A program made the translations under genes and the position numbers. Below the pieces are notes generated by a model. That model did not search any database and was not told the DNA's origin. It saw nothing but the letters and a program-made list of their open reading frames with translations. This document shows, piece by piece, positions 13,742 to 28,632 of a DNA stretch of 64,000 nt (the first letter of the stretch is position 1; each line of letters begins with the position of its first letter). Origin of the DNA: Paramecium tetraurelia (taxonomy: Eukaryota); the NCBI GenBank assembly GCA_000165425.1, contig CT867985.1, forward strand, positions 434,001 through 498,000, given 5' to 3'.

Positions 13742-14353
13742 TCATTCATTTTCAAGTTTTATATCATCTAAATCTAAATCATGTTTTAATTTATCGAATA
13801 ATTTACAGAGTTTCTCGTCTCTGGATGAATTAACATGTTCAATAAGCGATTAAATATTTTTAACTAATTTTTATTGTTTGTCTCTTACACTTTGAATAGT
13901 AAAATGATTCGAAATTTTATAAATTTATGTACCTTCACTTATGTCTGTTTTGTATCTTTTAGTTGAAGGTAGAATTTTACTAGATAAAATAGGAGGATAT
14001 TTTTATGGAGCTTTGATGCTTAAATGAGGTATTTAGATTGGATTCTAATTTTCAATCATATCAAGATGTATTTTATATTTCTCAATTCTTGGATTTACAC
14101 AAACAGACATATTCTTTTTCTTTACATCTGGAAATTATTTGACATCTGGAGAAGGATCATTGATAACCTGAGAAACTCTTCTGAATTAATGAAGACATGA
14201 TTTGTCTGAAAAGCTATGTTTGTTTGAGATTTTTTTAGAAGCATATTTCTGCAGGCGTTATTCTGATGAACTAATTTCTTTGAGTGCACTTTGGCATTAA
14301 CTTTCTAATAGATTGATGGGTCTGGTCTAAATTTTTGGAAATAAAAAATTCAT
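13742..14353 (-). CDS. hypothetical protein (203 aa)
   Basis: ORF MNFLFPKIQTRP...DDIKLENE*. Confidence 0.75.
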
Positions 14354-14436
14354 TATTATTTATATAGATTTTGTACTCATTTGATGGTATTTTAGTTTTA
14401 AAAATAATAATATTAATTTCATTCAGCTTTTAAAAA

Positions 14437-15267
14437 ATGGATAACCTTTACAACGATAATTCAGAAGAAGAATATACAAGTGATGATTCGAAAATTAAAA
14501 AAAAGTAATTAGAAGTGGAGGCTGAGCTTCAGAAATTGTAGTAGATGGAACAGGAATCTTAGGAGGAGATAAATAATTTGGAAGATCAGATTAAGCAGAA
14601 TGAAAACAAGAAGCTTGAAGTCACAAGAAAACTTAAAGAAAGTGTAGAAACTATGAGTTAATAAAAATAAGAAATACTAATATTGGATGCCAAAATTGCA
14701 TTTATTAAAAGGAGATTAAATAATGACCCTACGATATAGGAGTAATAAGACACTTAGGAATAAATAATATAAGACTCTGTATATTTAACAACTCTGCTGC
14801 AAGAGAAGGAAAGACGCATAAGGACTCTTAAAGAGAAAATTTAAAATATACGTCCATGTGTTCAAGAGGAAAAGTAGTTGCAATAACTCCAGATAGACTT
14901 AGTGTTAAAGAAGGCTTAGTTGCAGGAGATTAAAAATTAATAGCAAGTTGGGAATCTGAATTAGTCTTACAAAAATATTCAGGCCAAGCTTAGTGAACTC
15001 AAATTGATGTAAGAAAAAAGAGAAGATATTAAATAAGAAATTTAGAGATTCAATTCTAGGATCAGAGGGGAATAAGATCAAAAGTATATGCTATTCAATC
15101 AATTGTAAATAGTGAGAAATATATATCAAAGTTATGAGAATAGAGTTGAACAATAAAAAACTATGATTAGCAATCTTTAGGAAGAGAATAGCAATGATAC
15201 AATTAATCAATTTTGAGTTATCAATAAAGTTATCAACGATATAATATAAAAGCGCCAATAATTTTGA
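14437..15267 (+). CDS. coiled-coil protein (276 aa)
   Basis: ORF MDNLYNDNSEEEY... that is heptad-rich in E/K/Q; TGA 15265-15267. Confidence 0.8.
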
Positions 15268-15301
15268 AAATTTAAAATTCAATATTATATATTTAACAAT
15301 T

Positions 15302-17818
15302 ATGTAGAAGAAAAGGTTGTCATCAATAGATAGAAACTTTATGTCATCTCTTCGGAAGTATGAAGAGCATCCTTCACAGAAGTAAATGAATGCTTAAAAA
15401 AAAGAAACACATTTATAAGAGCAATAATTATTGATTCAAGATATTCAAGCTAACATTTAGGATTTAGAAAATGGAAATTACATGAAATGTTTTACAAGTA
15501 TAAATCTAATGTTTACTGATCCAAATTATTCACTTCGGAAACACATCACATTTTAATTGTTTGTGCCTGAAGAAAAAGATTTCGTTGGCTTTACAATATT
15601 GAACAAAAAAGAAATTTGGATTTTACTATTGCTCTATTTTGATATAGTGAATTAGGATAAGAATTAATATGCAAGATATCTTTGGCAAAGCATAGTTAAA
15701 AAAATGACTGAATATTTAAATTATGAACTAAGAGAAGAGGTTATAAATAAAGTCAAACTATATAGACAAAAGTCTAAAATAACAAATAATCAAAATAAAT
15801 AAAATAATTAGCATACCAGTCAATATTATTTTGTAGAGGAACGTGATGAGTAGAGTAAAGAAGGCAGAGAGATCAATAATAGTTACAAAGAAATTTGTTT
15901 TGATAAATCCTATATGGCTACATTATCAGACAATTCAATTATTGAAAGAAGTTAAGTTTTAGAACAGAACATGATGATCATTCAGGATCAAATTGAATCA
16001 GCCACAAATGAGGATGTATCTATTTAAGCTCCAACTAATAGTTCAATTGATTTGAATAATGATTTTGTAGAATTAACTTATCATAATTCTAATCTGAATG
16101 ATTTTTAAATACCTGATATCTCATTCTAATAGCAATCCTAAACTGAAGATCTAATCAAGAATTCTATTTTTATGGATTAAGCTAGTAACCAAGTTGAAAT
16201 CTCTTTAATTGCTCAAATGGAATAATTGGGCTTTTAAGATAACTTATAATCTGAACAATTAAATAATGCACTCTTTGTCGATTTAGAAGAAGACATTCAT
16301 GAAAGTTACTAAAATTTGGGGTTGGATTAAATTAGTTAGACTTCTCTTGAAAATATCAAAATTCAAGAGGCATCCATATTTTAACCTAATTTTATTGAAG
16401 AAAACAGATAAACAGAGTAACCTAAGGATAATAAAATTAACAATTTAAAGGATAAACCAATATATATTTTAGATTTTGACAAAATCAGTTTTGATTCATT
16501 TTCAAATACTGATTAATTTTGTAAGAAATCTCATTAAATGGGAGAGACTCCTCATTTCTCTATGAATCAATAGAGTATAAATTAATGGACGAAAGAAGAA
16601 TAAAAGGATTAAATCTAATAAGAGGAAGAGAAACTAAATTAAGATATTGATTTCAAAGATTATGAGGAATAATTAGCACATGTTCAGGCTCAATAGATTT
16701 TGAAGGAGGATTTAGAATAATTAGAAAATGATTCAGATGAAGTTAATGATTAAGTTGAAACTAAGTAATAATAATATGATGAGAAAAATAGTTCGTCTAA
16801 AATCGAATTAAACGATATTATAAATGTTGAGTATAAATTATCATCAAGTATAATTAATTCAAAACAGAAAACCATTGATGATTATTTTAAACCCAAAAAT
16901 AAGATTTCATCCATTTAATCCAAAAATTGTCATTAATTAGTTGAAGAAGAACCTATTAAAAAAGATGAATTTGATTATTCTTCGTAAAATGAAAGAAGGA
17001 GAAAAAGTAGGATAAGCAAAATAATGTAAAAATCAAATGTAAATTCTCAACTTGATTATGCATTTGAATGTGATTTATCTTCCTAATAACCTTCGAATTA
17101 ATAATACATAGAATAATCACACTATCTTGAATCTTAACAAATATCAAATAATAAGAAGAGACGTTCTTCTCTTGTTGTTGATAAAAGGTATGATCAAAAC
17201 TTTATGGATAAACATGGATCAGGATATAGATTTGAAATTTAAAAGGCACCTCAAAGGTTAAAAGAGAAATATTAAGTTGAAGAAATACTTGTTCCCAAAA
17301 GATCCAGCAAAAGAATTCATTATCCAGAAAGAAGCGATTTAGAAATATCTAAAATGATTATTGCTAATAACGAAATCTTGAATTATTTCACTCCTGCAGA
17401 TCGATAATCTTAATAAATCTCAGAAGAAATTAATAATAGAGTTCATCCTTTAACATATTTTCACTCATTCAATAAAAATGATAAAAATCAAATAATCGTT
17501 GTAAGTTATTGAACTATTTGCTTTTAGTTATCAAACAATTAAGAACAATTTATTAATGATATTGTGGAGATCGAGATTTGTTTGGCAAACATTAACGATA
17601 ATGAAAGTCACCATATTGTTAAGGTAATTTATTTTGTTAATTAGATTGTAAGTGGATAATTAAATGGTTAAATAGCAATTGCACAAATAAAAAAACAAAG
17701 CTCTGAATAAATCATATTTGAAGACTACAATTTTTACAATAAATACATTCACTTTTAATGTCAACAATCATAAGCTATTTACTTACCATTAGGCAGTTAC
17801 TTAATTAATTAATGTTGA
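15302..17818 (+). CDS. large mostly disordered acidic protein with a beta-rich C-terminus (weak CENP-C-like layout)
   Basis: ORF MQKKRLSSIDRNF...; intron 17501-17527 carries an in-frame TGA; probable intron 17624-17644; ends AIYLPLGSYLINQC*. Confidence 0.75.
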
Positions 17819-18086
17819 TTATATTATTAATTCTAATTAGTATCATTTCTAGACACTATTAAATTATAAATTAAATATCTTAAATTTAATTAAATTTCCA
17901 AATTACATGCTCAAATTATAGTTTGTTAATATAGACATCTAATTCCAAACTCTAATTGAAATCTAAAACTAAAGTGAAATTTTCAAATAACAAATTTAAT
18001 ATTATAAAATAATATATTAAATTCTTTCTTTAGAAGATGGTTAGATTTATTAAATTAAAATTTAAATGGACAGCTTTTATATCTAT

Positions 18087-21000
18087 ATGATTTTGCTCCT
18101 TGTGGTAACTTCTAATTTGTAACTACAATTTACAGATCTACTTTAAGAAAATATTATCTTATTATTTAGATACCTCAACATCAGCCTAAAACTTGACTTG
18201 CCAAAGTCTTACAAAAGTTTATCGATCTCCAACAACTGGGACCCCAAGGGTTATGGAATTCAAAATAAATACTGCTTATGGTTATAATAAACTACTTTAT
18301 ACACTCGATTTACATGTTGAAAAGAGTTTTAATTCAAAATTAAGCTTTATTGAAAGTGGCAAGATTATACAGGAATATGAGGGTACTTCATACTCCTTTT
18401 TCTCTGGAAATTTGTGTTCTTTTGCAAGTTTGAAAACATTTATTCATTTTACATCGACTACATAAATGAATGAATAATAAGCAACTTTATTAATTAAGAT
18501 AGATAGTGCAACTACATTTTGGATTAAAAATTTAAAGATTTATGCAGAGAGATGTTCATAACATTGTAAAATATGCTCTGATTCTTCATCTTGCTTAGAG
18601 TGCTTGCCTGATTTTGAATTAAATTCCATTCGATAATGTATATGTAAGGAATAATTCCTAACATATTTCCAAGGATAATGCATAACTTAATGTCCTGTAA
18701 ATTATATTTTTGATGGCTTTACATGTATATAATACGCTCAATTAATAAATTTATTGTATGATGACACGGCATCTAAATTCACATTGCAACCTGATTACAA
18801 TACAACTCAAAGAGTATGCTAAACTACTTTAGGTGGCAAATTTGTGGCAGGCCTATTTATTTAGAATGAAGCTATTGAATATAAGATTAATTAACCAGTA
18901 GGAACTGCAACCAACATATTATTGGAAGCTGAAATTTATGTTTTAAATTATATAACTAATATGCAGCAACGATTATCTATTAAGTTGAATAATAATGTGA
19001 TAGGACACTACTTAATTATAGAGAATGGCAATTTTATGAATATATAAATTGTAGGAGCAGCAAAACAACATTCATGTAGTATAATTGGATTTACGTCTTG
19101 TATAAAGTTTATTGTATTATTAAACGTTGAAAATATCTCTGATCTGTCCCTTATATCCATATCGATTAATTTACCATTGGAAATAAAGGACATCAGTTGG
19201 GCATTATCCTATATTAAAGTCAATGCAATCACACCTCTTCCAATTATTTGCCCTTTGAAAAACTATAAGAATGAATGTGTTGATAAATGTCCAATACATA
19301 CAAGAACTTCAGGAAATGAGTGCATAAGTATTCTTAATGATTACAAATTTGCCAAAATCTTAAGAATTGAATTCACGGATAGATTTGCCATAAAATAAAA
19401 CTTAGATTTTGATGATCCCTGTGATTAGATAACTTATTTTTATCATGCTTGCTACTTTTATTAAAATCAGTATATTTTAGGAGGTGAGGCCATCTGGCAA
19501 AGTAAGTAATTGAGAATAGTCAATACTATGATTTAAGCACATTATAAAATTAAACTATTTTTTAAGGCTATTTTGATAGATCCTATTAACAGTGATTAAA
19601 CTATAATTGTAAGTGTAGATAATCAAAAATATACTCTCAACATGAATTCACCAAATTCCTATTGCTTCAGTAGTGTAGCTACACCAGGTTGCATAATTCA
19701 AGAAGATCTTGGTTAAACTAATCCTGATTATTTAATTAACTTTGAACAAGAATTTGATCATTCAGCTTCACAACTTGAAATTTTTCTATACTGTAATACA
19801 AAATCACCTAGTATCACATATTGTGGTCTATATGATTTAGTAATTCTGTTAGCAAATTGTCCTCCTAATTGTAAGCTTTGTTCATCAGATTCAATTTGTT
19901 TATAGCCGGAATCAAATATTCAAGTATTTTATGATTGTCCTAGTGAAGGTTATTTCTACTCTGAGGGATCTTGCAAAACGTGTTAGAAATTTTGTAAAAC
20001 CTGTAATAGTTAAACTAATTGTGTTGCTTGTCAGGATAACTATTTCTAATATGGAAATATTTGCATCTGTAAAATGAATTCTAAATAGGCTGAAATTACA
20101 GATTGTATGAGTGATAATTGCCATCCTTCATGTTCGATATGCCAAAATCAAATCAATTTGAATACTGTTAGCCCATATATCAAATTAAACTAACTTTGTG
20201 CTTATTGTGATCATAATGAACATAAAGTCTTGAATATTAATGTCTGTGAATGTTTCTAAGGATATTATATGGATAGATCATTTATACCAAGTATTTGTTA
20301 AAGATGTAAAGAAACATGCAAAACATGTTCAGATGAAAATACTTGTATAACTTGCTTTCCCGATTAAAATAGACTTTATTACAATTATAATTGTCAATGC
20401 ATAGATGGTTATTTTGAAACTGGATTTAATCCTATTTGTATAAAATGTACAACTCTTTGTAAATCCTGTCTATATAAAGAAGACCGCTGTATTAAATGCT
20501 ATACTGAATAATATAGGATATTATCTAAGGAAAATACTTGTGTGTGTCAAAATGGATATTACGATAATAAGGCAGATGTTTGTTTAAGTAATTAATATTA
20601 TTTACCTAGAATGCAGCAATAATTGTAATAGTTGTTCAGATTATTCTATTTGCACATCATGCGATGAGCTTCAATTTAGAGTATTGAACTCACAAATCAA
20701 ATAATGCGTGTGTTAAGAAGGCTATTATGATAACAATGACTTAACCTGTTTACCATGTTACTATACATGTAGTCGATGCAATAATTCAAATTTAATCTCA
20801 TAATGCACTCTTTGTCCAAAAACTAGGTAGAAATCTGCAAACAATCTTGATTTTTTTGAGTGTAAATGTAGAAAAGGATATTTTGATAATGGTTATCTAG
20901 AATGTTTATCTTGTCATCATGTAATCAATCCCCCTAATATACACTAATGCTATTCCTTTTGCGGAGATCAGATTGTCCAATGGAATGAAGAATGCGATGA

Positions 21001-23155
21001 TGGTAACTAAGTTTCAAGAGATGGTTGCGATTAATGTTTCATTTAAAATAACAACTGCATTGATAACATCTGTTTAAAATGTTAATACAATTAATGTCTT
21101 TAATGTATAGATGGATATTATATAAATCATGATTTTGCATGTATTTAATGTTCTGAAGAATGTCAAACATGTGAATCATAATAAAATAATTGTATAAAAT
21201 GCAGATTTTCCAATTCTAATACTGAAGAATGTTTAACTTGTTCTTAAGAACATGGATTTACCAATATTGATAATTAGTGTCTTAGCATATGTGGAGATGG
21301 TATTCGAACATTCTAGGAATTCTGTGATGATGGGAATTTGTTGAATGGAGATGGTTGCAATTAGTTTTGTAATATAGAGGATGGATATGTTTGTGAAGTA
21401 GAATGCTTAAAGATCAACTATATTGAGATTTTACTTTAAGAAGATAGATTAGACAATATTTATGATTCAAAAAGAACGATCAAATTGAAATTCAATCAAG
21501 AAATCAAAATTTCCACTAATAGTTCAATAACGAGTTTTGTTCAAATTACTTCAAATACTCCTCATCTTATATTAACCAACATAAGTATTACTGACAATTC
21601 AGAATTTGAAAATGGATATTATAATATTGCTTTAGATTTGGATTTAGAATTAGATTCATCAGCAATTTCTCCATCAATTAATGTTATTATTTAAAACCAT
21701 ACTTTGATAACTAATCAACAGAATTAATCATTTAAAACAAATAGGGCATCTATAGAATTAATAGATTTTATTAAATAGGATCAAATTGTAATTTAAAATA
21801 CCAAAAATCTAACTCAAATGAGCTCTTATTTCCTTTACATTTTACTAGGATTAGCAATATTAGCTATGATTTTTGGAGGCTTAGATATCTTTTGGAATCT
21901 TTTGGATACTTTATAACTTATTTGTTATCTCAAGTATTTTAATATTACTTACCCATTCAACCTTTAGTATTATTTTACTATTTTTGGATTTGCTGAATTT
22001 GATTTTATTAAGACTTATTTTGATTTTGAGTACTTGATTACTAAATATGTGGATACTCCAGAAAGTGATCACAAATTTTATTAAGAAGGATACTCTACAG
22101 TCTTTCTTTTAAATATCATCTCTGTCATTATTGTCTTTATTACAACAACTACTACGTTTATTATCATCAAAATTGTGTTATATTTTCTACATAAAGCTAC
22201 AAAAGACTTTTGCGAAGACATTATAATGATGGAAACTAAGTAAATTAGTATATTTACATTTCTATTTTACAAATTAACCAATAGTTGTTAAAAATACTTC
22301 TTGAAAATTATTTGTGAATTTAAAAGTGCTCTCATTAGGACTTTTATGGCTTCAGCCTATGATTTAAATTTAGCTATTTTTTTGTAATTTAAGGATCTAA
22401 ATTTTTAAAATCATATTCTTAAACTAAGTAGCATTAGTGCTCTAATTACATTTTTCTTAGAAATATATTTTATCTATTTATGTTTTTAATTGATGAATAA
22501 GGATCTGGCAACATTAAAATTAAAAGAAACCTAATAAAATTATGGATCACTTTTTGAAGGATTAAAATTAGTTTAAAATCATTTCCACCATTACTTCAAC
22601 TTATTCGTTGTTATAAAGAAAGCAACCTTTATGGCAATTCTAGTTTTTCTATATGATACTCCCTGTTTACAAATTAGTCTGGTTTCTATTTTAAACTTAT
22701 CATAAGCATTATTGTTTTTGTATAACAAACCCTTAGAAGATCAAAATGAACTTATCAAATAAATTATTTGTGAACTAATCTTATGGATGTCAGTAATGTT
22801 AATTTTGGTATATGGATTTAATGAGTAGACTAATATTTTGGATTCTCATCAAATCTCAAATATTGGTTGGATGATAATCGGATTTTTGTCCTTAATACTA
22901 TTTCTATAACTAATCATTGATTGTAAGTAACATTTTTAATTCCTTGATTAAAAATATTAATTATTCAAAAGGTTAAGAGTCTGGTATAATTATTATTTTT
23001 AGAATAATAATAATCAATCTTCTTTGAATACAGAACATAGTCAATTTTCCATAGTATTTAATTAAAGAGCAAGACAGCAGACAAGTGCAGCAAAAATCCA
23101 AACTTAATCTAATTAAGTAATCTAAAGAAGAATTATCTCTTTTAAATTAAGTTGA
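18087..23155 (+). CDS. large cysteine-rich surface protein (signal peptide, furin-like repeats, DUF4215-type repeats, C-terminal multi-TM domain)
   Basis: MILLLVIYFKKILS after intron 18105-18135; many CxxxCxxC...CxC repeats; CGDQIVQWNEECDDGN and [23 protein letters not shown]; TM block beginning GGLDIFWNLLDTLQL; intron 20588-20609. Confidence 0.9.
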
Positions 23156-23363
23156 TTTAAGATTTCACATAAACTGATTAATTGTTTATTATTACATTAT
23201 AATTAATGATTCTGTTATGCTGAGTTTTACAAGATCTATAAAAGGAAATTAAAATTATTTTATGGAAGTAGTTTAATTATCATAAAAGAATGACTCAAAT
23301 GAGTTAATATATTTAATATAAATAGTTTAAAACTAGCAGGTGACAAAAATTATAAAATCAATA

Positions 23364-23696
23364 TCATGATGTTAATTTAATAAATGTAGGTAAACGTCTC
23401 CATTTTGTTTCCGTACAAGTTAAATTCTCATCTAAAATAAATTTGAAGTGAGGAAAATAAGAAGTCTCGGGAATTCTATGATAATAAAGACACTCGTACA
23501 ATTCAATAGCATTAAATTCTTCTTCTAAATTTTTGTTAATGAACAAATTTTATGGATTAAGTAAATCAACGACTTCAGTATAACTAATATTTTGAGGACG
23601 ATTAGTCTTTTTAGATGTAGCATTGCTTTTCTTTTTTTTTCTAGTTTGCCCTTCTAAAGAATCATTAGTTGACAAAGATCTCAAAGAGTCATTCAT
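23364..23696 (-). CDS. small hypothetical protein (110 aa)
   Basis: Two adjacent track ORFs join through TAA=Gln to give MNDSLRSLSTNDS...KWRRLPTFIKLTS*. Confidence 0.7.
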
Positions 23697-24440
23697 GAAA
23701 TTAGCAGTTAGATATATAATAAAAAAATTAATCAAATTAAAAGTCTCAACGATAATATTGTTTACTATTATATCAGTTTATTAAAGTTGTAAATCAACAT
23801 CTCATTCATCTCGTAAAAAAGAAACTCTTTAGATGACACAGTAACAGAATTCTGTTTCTTTTTCAAATTCGAAGTTCTTTTTGAAAAATTCTTTACTTCA
23901 TATAAGTAATACAAACTTTTACTTAAGATAAGTATCATTTTAATTATAATACTACTTTTATATAAAAACAATCTGATTTCATTTATTCTAATTACCAATA
24001 TACTTAAAAAATTCAATTTTTCAGAACACTCTAGTATTAAATAAGGAAATTGCCATTGAGGATTCAATAATTTAAGAACTTTATGTAAAACAAATTTTAA
24101 AATGCTAAGCTCATTAATTTAACGTTTATGATGAATTAATATTATTTTAATCTTTAAATATTATCTAATTATAAATTTTAAATCTCCTTTTAGATCATGA
24201 ATAGTAAAATCTTTTTGAGTTCCCTTCTAATCACAATAGATTTGAATCAATTATACATTTAGAGACTTATTTTTAAAATAACTTCATTTAAGAAAAAAAT
24301 ATTAATTACTAATTAATGTAAATGGTAGGTAATTCAATAATAACATTCTTTCTAATTGCAGACTACTCATGAATCATAAGAATATGAATTTTAACAATCA
24401 AATACTTAAAAATTAATTTTTTATTTAAATTAAATTCAAA

Positions 24441-27400
24441 ATGTATATTGATGAATTGCCGGTTGGATAATAAAAGCAAAATTTCATGGTCGAGGAGTTT
24501 CCTCCTGGTAATTTAGATTTAATAAATTAGATTTCGATCCTTAATAATTTGATAAAGTTGATTTACCATTAAAACAAAGAATAAAGTCAAAGGTTTGGAA
24601 AGTTAGACTTCAAGGTTATGAGGAATTAGCAAATGAGTAAGAAATTGAGTATGAGTGCATTTTGTAAATAATACAAGACATACATGTTTAATGTCAAGAA
24701 AAAGCACTCTAGATTGCACTAAAATACTTTGAATAAAACCATTCACTAGAGTCTTCGCAATAGAAGGAGATAATAAAAGTGTTGATAGAAAAAGTGCTAA
24801 TATAATAAAAATTAAAACAAAATGGATGCTAATTGGCCATAATACTCTTTCCATTTTGTAAATAGGCAATTTTTGAAATTATCATTGGAGAATTGTCTCA
24901 TAAAAATCCTAAGATAGTCTAAGCATCCATCAGCTTACTATTAGAGTTACTTCAATAATATGGTGTAAGAAAATTGGATAATTTAAAACCTTTTTTCCCC
25001 ATCCTATCAAAATTAACAGAAGCATAGCAAACTACAATAAAGGCTGATGCAATATCATTTTACAAAGAAGCAACGAAATGGTTTGGCAAAAATATTGAAG
25101 CATTTTTTGGTGGATTGAATGAAAAACTGTAATAAGACCTAAAGAAAATTACAGAAACCATAACAGAAGTTCAAAGAGCTCCAAATCAAGATGGAGATTT
25201 TGAAACTGGAAATCAATAATTGTATGATTTGGCAGAAGCAGTCGATGTATTTCCTAAATTTACAGATTCTTGGTGTGAAAAGGTCTTCCAACTTGAAAAA
25301 TGGTAAGAAAAAAAAGAACAATTAGAAAATTTATAAAAAGCGTGTTCAGTTGCCAAAATGGTACCATCTCCAAATGTTTATTCAGTTGTGTAACTACTAA
25401 AGAAATTAATAAATGAGTAAAACATAGCCATATGTACGATGAGTATAAAAATTGCTGGACTTCTAGCAAATGGATTAAGAAAAAATTTTTATTAATATGT
25501 TAAAATATTAATACAACCATTGTTCGCTAGACTCAAGGATAAAAAATAGAACATTGTTGATGATACAATAACATCATTAAAGAAGTTCATTTACTGTTGC
25601 ACTCTTGATGAACTATTTGAAGAAGTTAAGGCATTATTAGATGATAAATCATCCAGTCCAAAAATTAATGTGTTCATACTTATAGAGTTTTTCTTAGATG
25701 AATGCCAAAAAGAAAGGTTGCTTAAACTTTAATGCATAAAGTAGTTGGTTCCTATTTGTAAGAAATTAACTGATGATGGAAATGCAGAAGTAAGAACAAA
25801 AGCCATTATGTTATTAGCTAAAATATCAGTTTAAATGTACAGCGGTTCAATGGCTGTGGATCTAAAAGGTGATAAATTTACAAAGTATCAAGCTCAGGTT
25901 AATATTTATCTTGATGGTATAAAAGCTTTATAAGGCAATAATACAGCTAATTTCATACCTTAGAAATAAAATTTGCAGTAAAATAAGGAAAATATTCAGA
26001 ATTAAGCAGTTGCTAATCCGAAACCAGAAACAAATGCAAATAAACAAAAATCAATCACTTAATCTTAAATTAACCAAGAATGCCAAGAAATTAAATATTA
26101 ATCTACTATGACTCCTAATTAAGTTGAGGCATTTCTCAGATAATATAAAACTAAAAATAAGGATTAAAGTGATCTTGGCAATATTTTACTTGCCGTCACT
26201 CAATAATCTAAGCAAATTTTAACTTTCACTATGGACTATATAGTGGATAAGATAGGAGACTAAAAATAACTTTGCTATTAGTTATTTGAAAAATGTATGT
26301 AATCATATAAGCCGAATCATATAACTCAATTAATTACAAGCTTCAAGAATGCTCCTACTTAAGCATAATTAATTGAAGTCTTAACTTTATTACTAAAATA
26401 CATTCCTTTAAGTGACAAAACTATTGATTAGCAGTTAATTTCTGATTTTTTAAAAGGATTCTAGCATTAATCTAATTCAAGGGCAAAATAACTAGTAACT
26501 GATTGCTAGAGTGCATTAAAATAATTATTTGAAATAAAAAAAGCTCCGTCAGAATAAAAACTAATTCCATTTTCATTAACATCATTTAGCGATCCATAAA
26601 TTGATAAATTGAAAGAATAATTGAAAGTGCCTTAAATACCTTAACATTTGTATGATAAACTGTTTAGTTACAATCCATAATCAAATTTAGCTGGTGCATC
26701 TTATATTAGATAAAAAATTGCTTAGCCAGGAGAATTTACAGAAATCTTTTTTAAATGGGGCTATTTAATTTCTTGGTTTAAGGAAAGTATACCCTTACAG
26801 ACAGAAATCATCATGTTATTTTAATTCCTGACTTAGTAACGTAAACTCAATTAATTAGAATAATAAATTGTATTATCTTATATTAAAATGATGATACTCT
26901 TATATATAAGAGATGGAATGCCAAGATTGGCATAAAGAACCCTGCCATTACTTATGAATTTATTAGCTGATTGCAATTAATAAAATGTATAAATAAATTA
27001 ATTAAGCAAATTCGATGAATATGATGATATTTCTAATGCTTAAGCTAATTAAATTGCTTAATAAATGTAAGAAAGCATCTCTGAGTGGAATAATAATTCT
27101 CAACTCTAATAAAAGTCAATATTAGTTAATTTAATGTCACTAATTAATAAAGAGGATATTCCAAAAGAAAGGACTCTAGAATAAAAGAGAAACTCAATGA
27201 GAGTAGAAGCAATGATAGCATCAACTGTTGATTTTAAAAATAAATAAGAATAAATTTAAAGTTCTTAAAAACTTGCTCAAGAATAAATATCTGATAAAAT
27301 GAATACCTTACAAAATCAATCATAAAAAAAGCTCCTATAACAAAAAAATTTTAACCTGCCAATAACTCAAAGCATGAACAGTGGGAATAAAAATATGAGT

Positions 27401-28423
27401 TCAAGTTGCTCCTAAATTCAAAATGTAAAAGAAAAGGAATCTGATGTTTTTGTGAGAAGCTTTTAATAAATGTATTGCAAGTTTAGAGAAACAAATTGTA
27501 TTGAAAATTCTTAAAGTTTCGCTGAACAAATCATTTATCTATTAAGCAATCTATCAAATGATGAATGCTACGATAAGATGAATGAATTCTTGGAAAAATT
27601 AATACATGTCTTATCATCAAGTCAGTTTTACAAAAGCATCTCGTATAATTAATTTTATATTATCTTTGATTCACTAATTTTTAAGATGGTTGAATAGTCA
27701 ACAAAGAATAATGTCAAAGATGGAGCATAAAAAAGTTGTTATAATTTAATCAATTCAAATTTAATTAAAATCTTAAATAATCAGGATTTATCTAATTTAT
27801 ATTTAGCATTCTTGGATATTTTAATTAATGTAAAAGAATCTGATAGATAAACTAAGTAATTTTATGCATTAGTCACTAAGTGTTTAAGTAAATCGGCAGA
27901 TTAATTAAAAGGCTAGTTTTAATGGTCATAGGTTTAAGCAATTCTAGAAAAAATTAGTCAATATTTAAATAAATGTCAAAAGCCTTAATTGGAATACACT
28001 TAATATCATAATTGCTTATTGAATGCTCTCAAGACCACAGTTATATTTTTCTTTAATTACAATGACGGTATTAAAGTGTATTAATATATTATGCAAAACA
28101 CAAATGAAAATTCCATTTTAAGATAATGGATATTGGATGTGCAAGAAAAAAACAATACTAATCTAATAGTTGATTTAGCCAAGTACAGAAGATCAAGAGA
28201 CACGCATTTTAGTTAAATAGTTGAATTACTAAAAATAGATTTTGATAAAACTGTTGAGTAATTTGTATCCATAGTGAGAAGATAAACTATCAATTGGAAA
28301 CCTTTAGTAGAATTTCTAAATCCAGATCAAATAAAATTTATCGAGCAAAGATTAGGATCAACATCCCATATGAATTTATTGGAGAAAAAAGTTGGCGAAT
28401 TAGAAAAGATGTTAAACTAATGA
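24441..28423 (+). CDS. XMAP215/Dis1/ch-TOG family microtubule polymerase
   Basis: TOG1 start LPLKQRIKSKVWKVRLQGYEEL; TOG2 start KWQEKKEQLENL; HEAT-repeat text ARLKDKKQNIVD and LTDDGNAEVRTKA; intron 24508-24530. Confidence 0.88.
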
Positions 28424-28632
28424 AAAATATATATTAAAGCTTTTTTTAAACTATTATTAAAAAAATAATTGTTTTTTTATTCAGGAATAATAGAATTACA
28501 ACAAATAATTAAGAATATACTTTGTTGAACACATAAAACATGCTATAAACGATAATTCTAAAGATTTTTTGTTATTTTTTAATATAATTAAAGGTTTTAG
28601 TCAATAAATCTTATTTATATTTTATTATTATT

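Noticed and set aside
13673..13895. 24-nt intron extending the 13278 gene into a ~150-nt overlap with the convergent gene
   Set aside because: Stopping at TGA 13692-13694 gives a normal 47-nt convergent gap, which is simpler.
23740..24400. 99-aa minus-strand track ORF
   Set aside because: No convincing in-frame ATG or motif; probably a relic or non-coding.
7766..28423. Mitotic gene cluster (importin-alpha-like, BuGZ, CENP-C-like, XMAP215)
   Set aside because: The genes are interspersed with unrelated ones on mixed strands, and one assignment is weak. Chance is a sufficient explanation.
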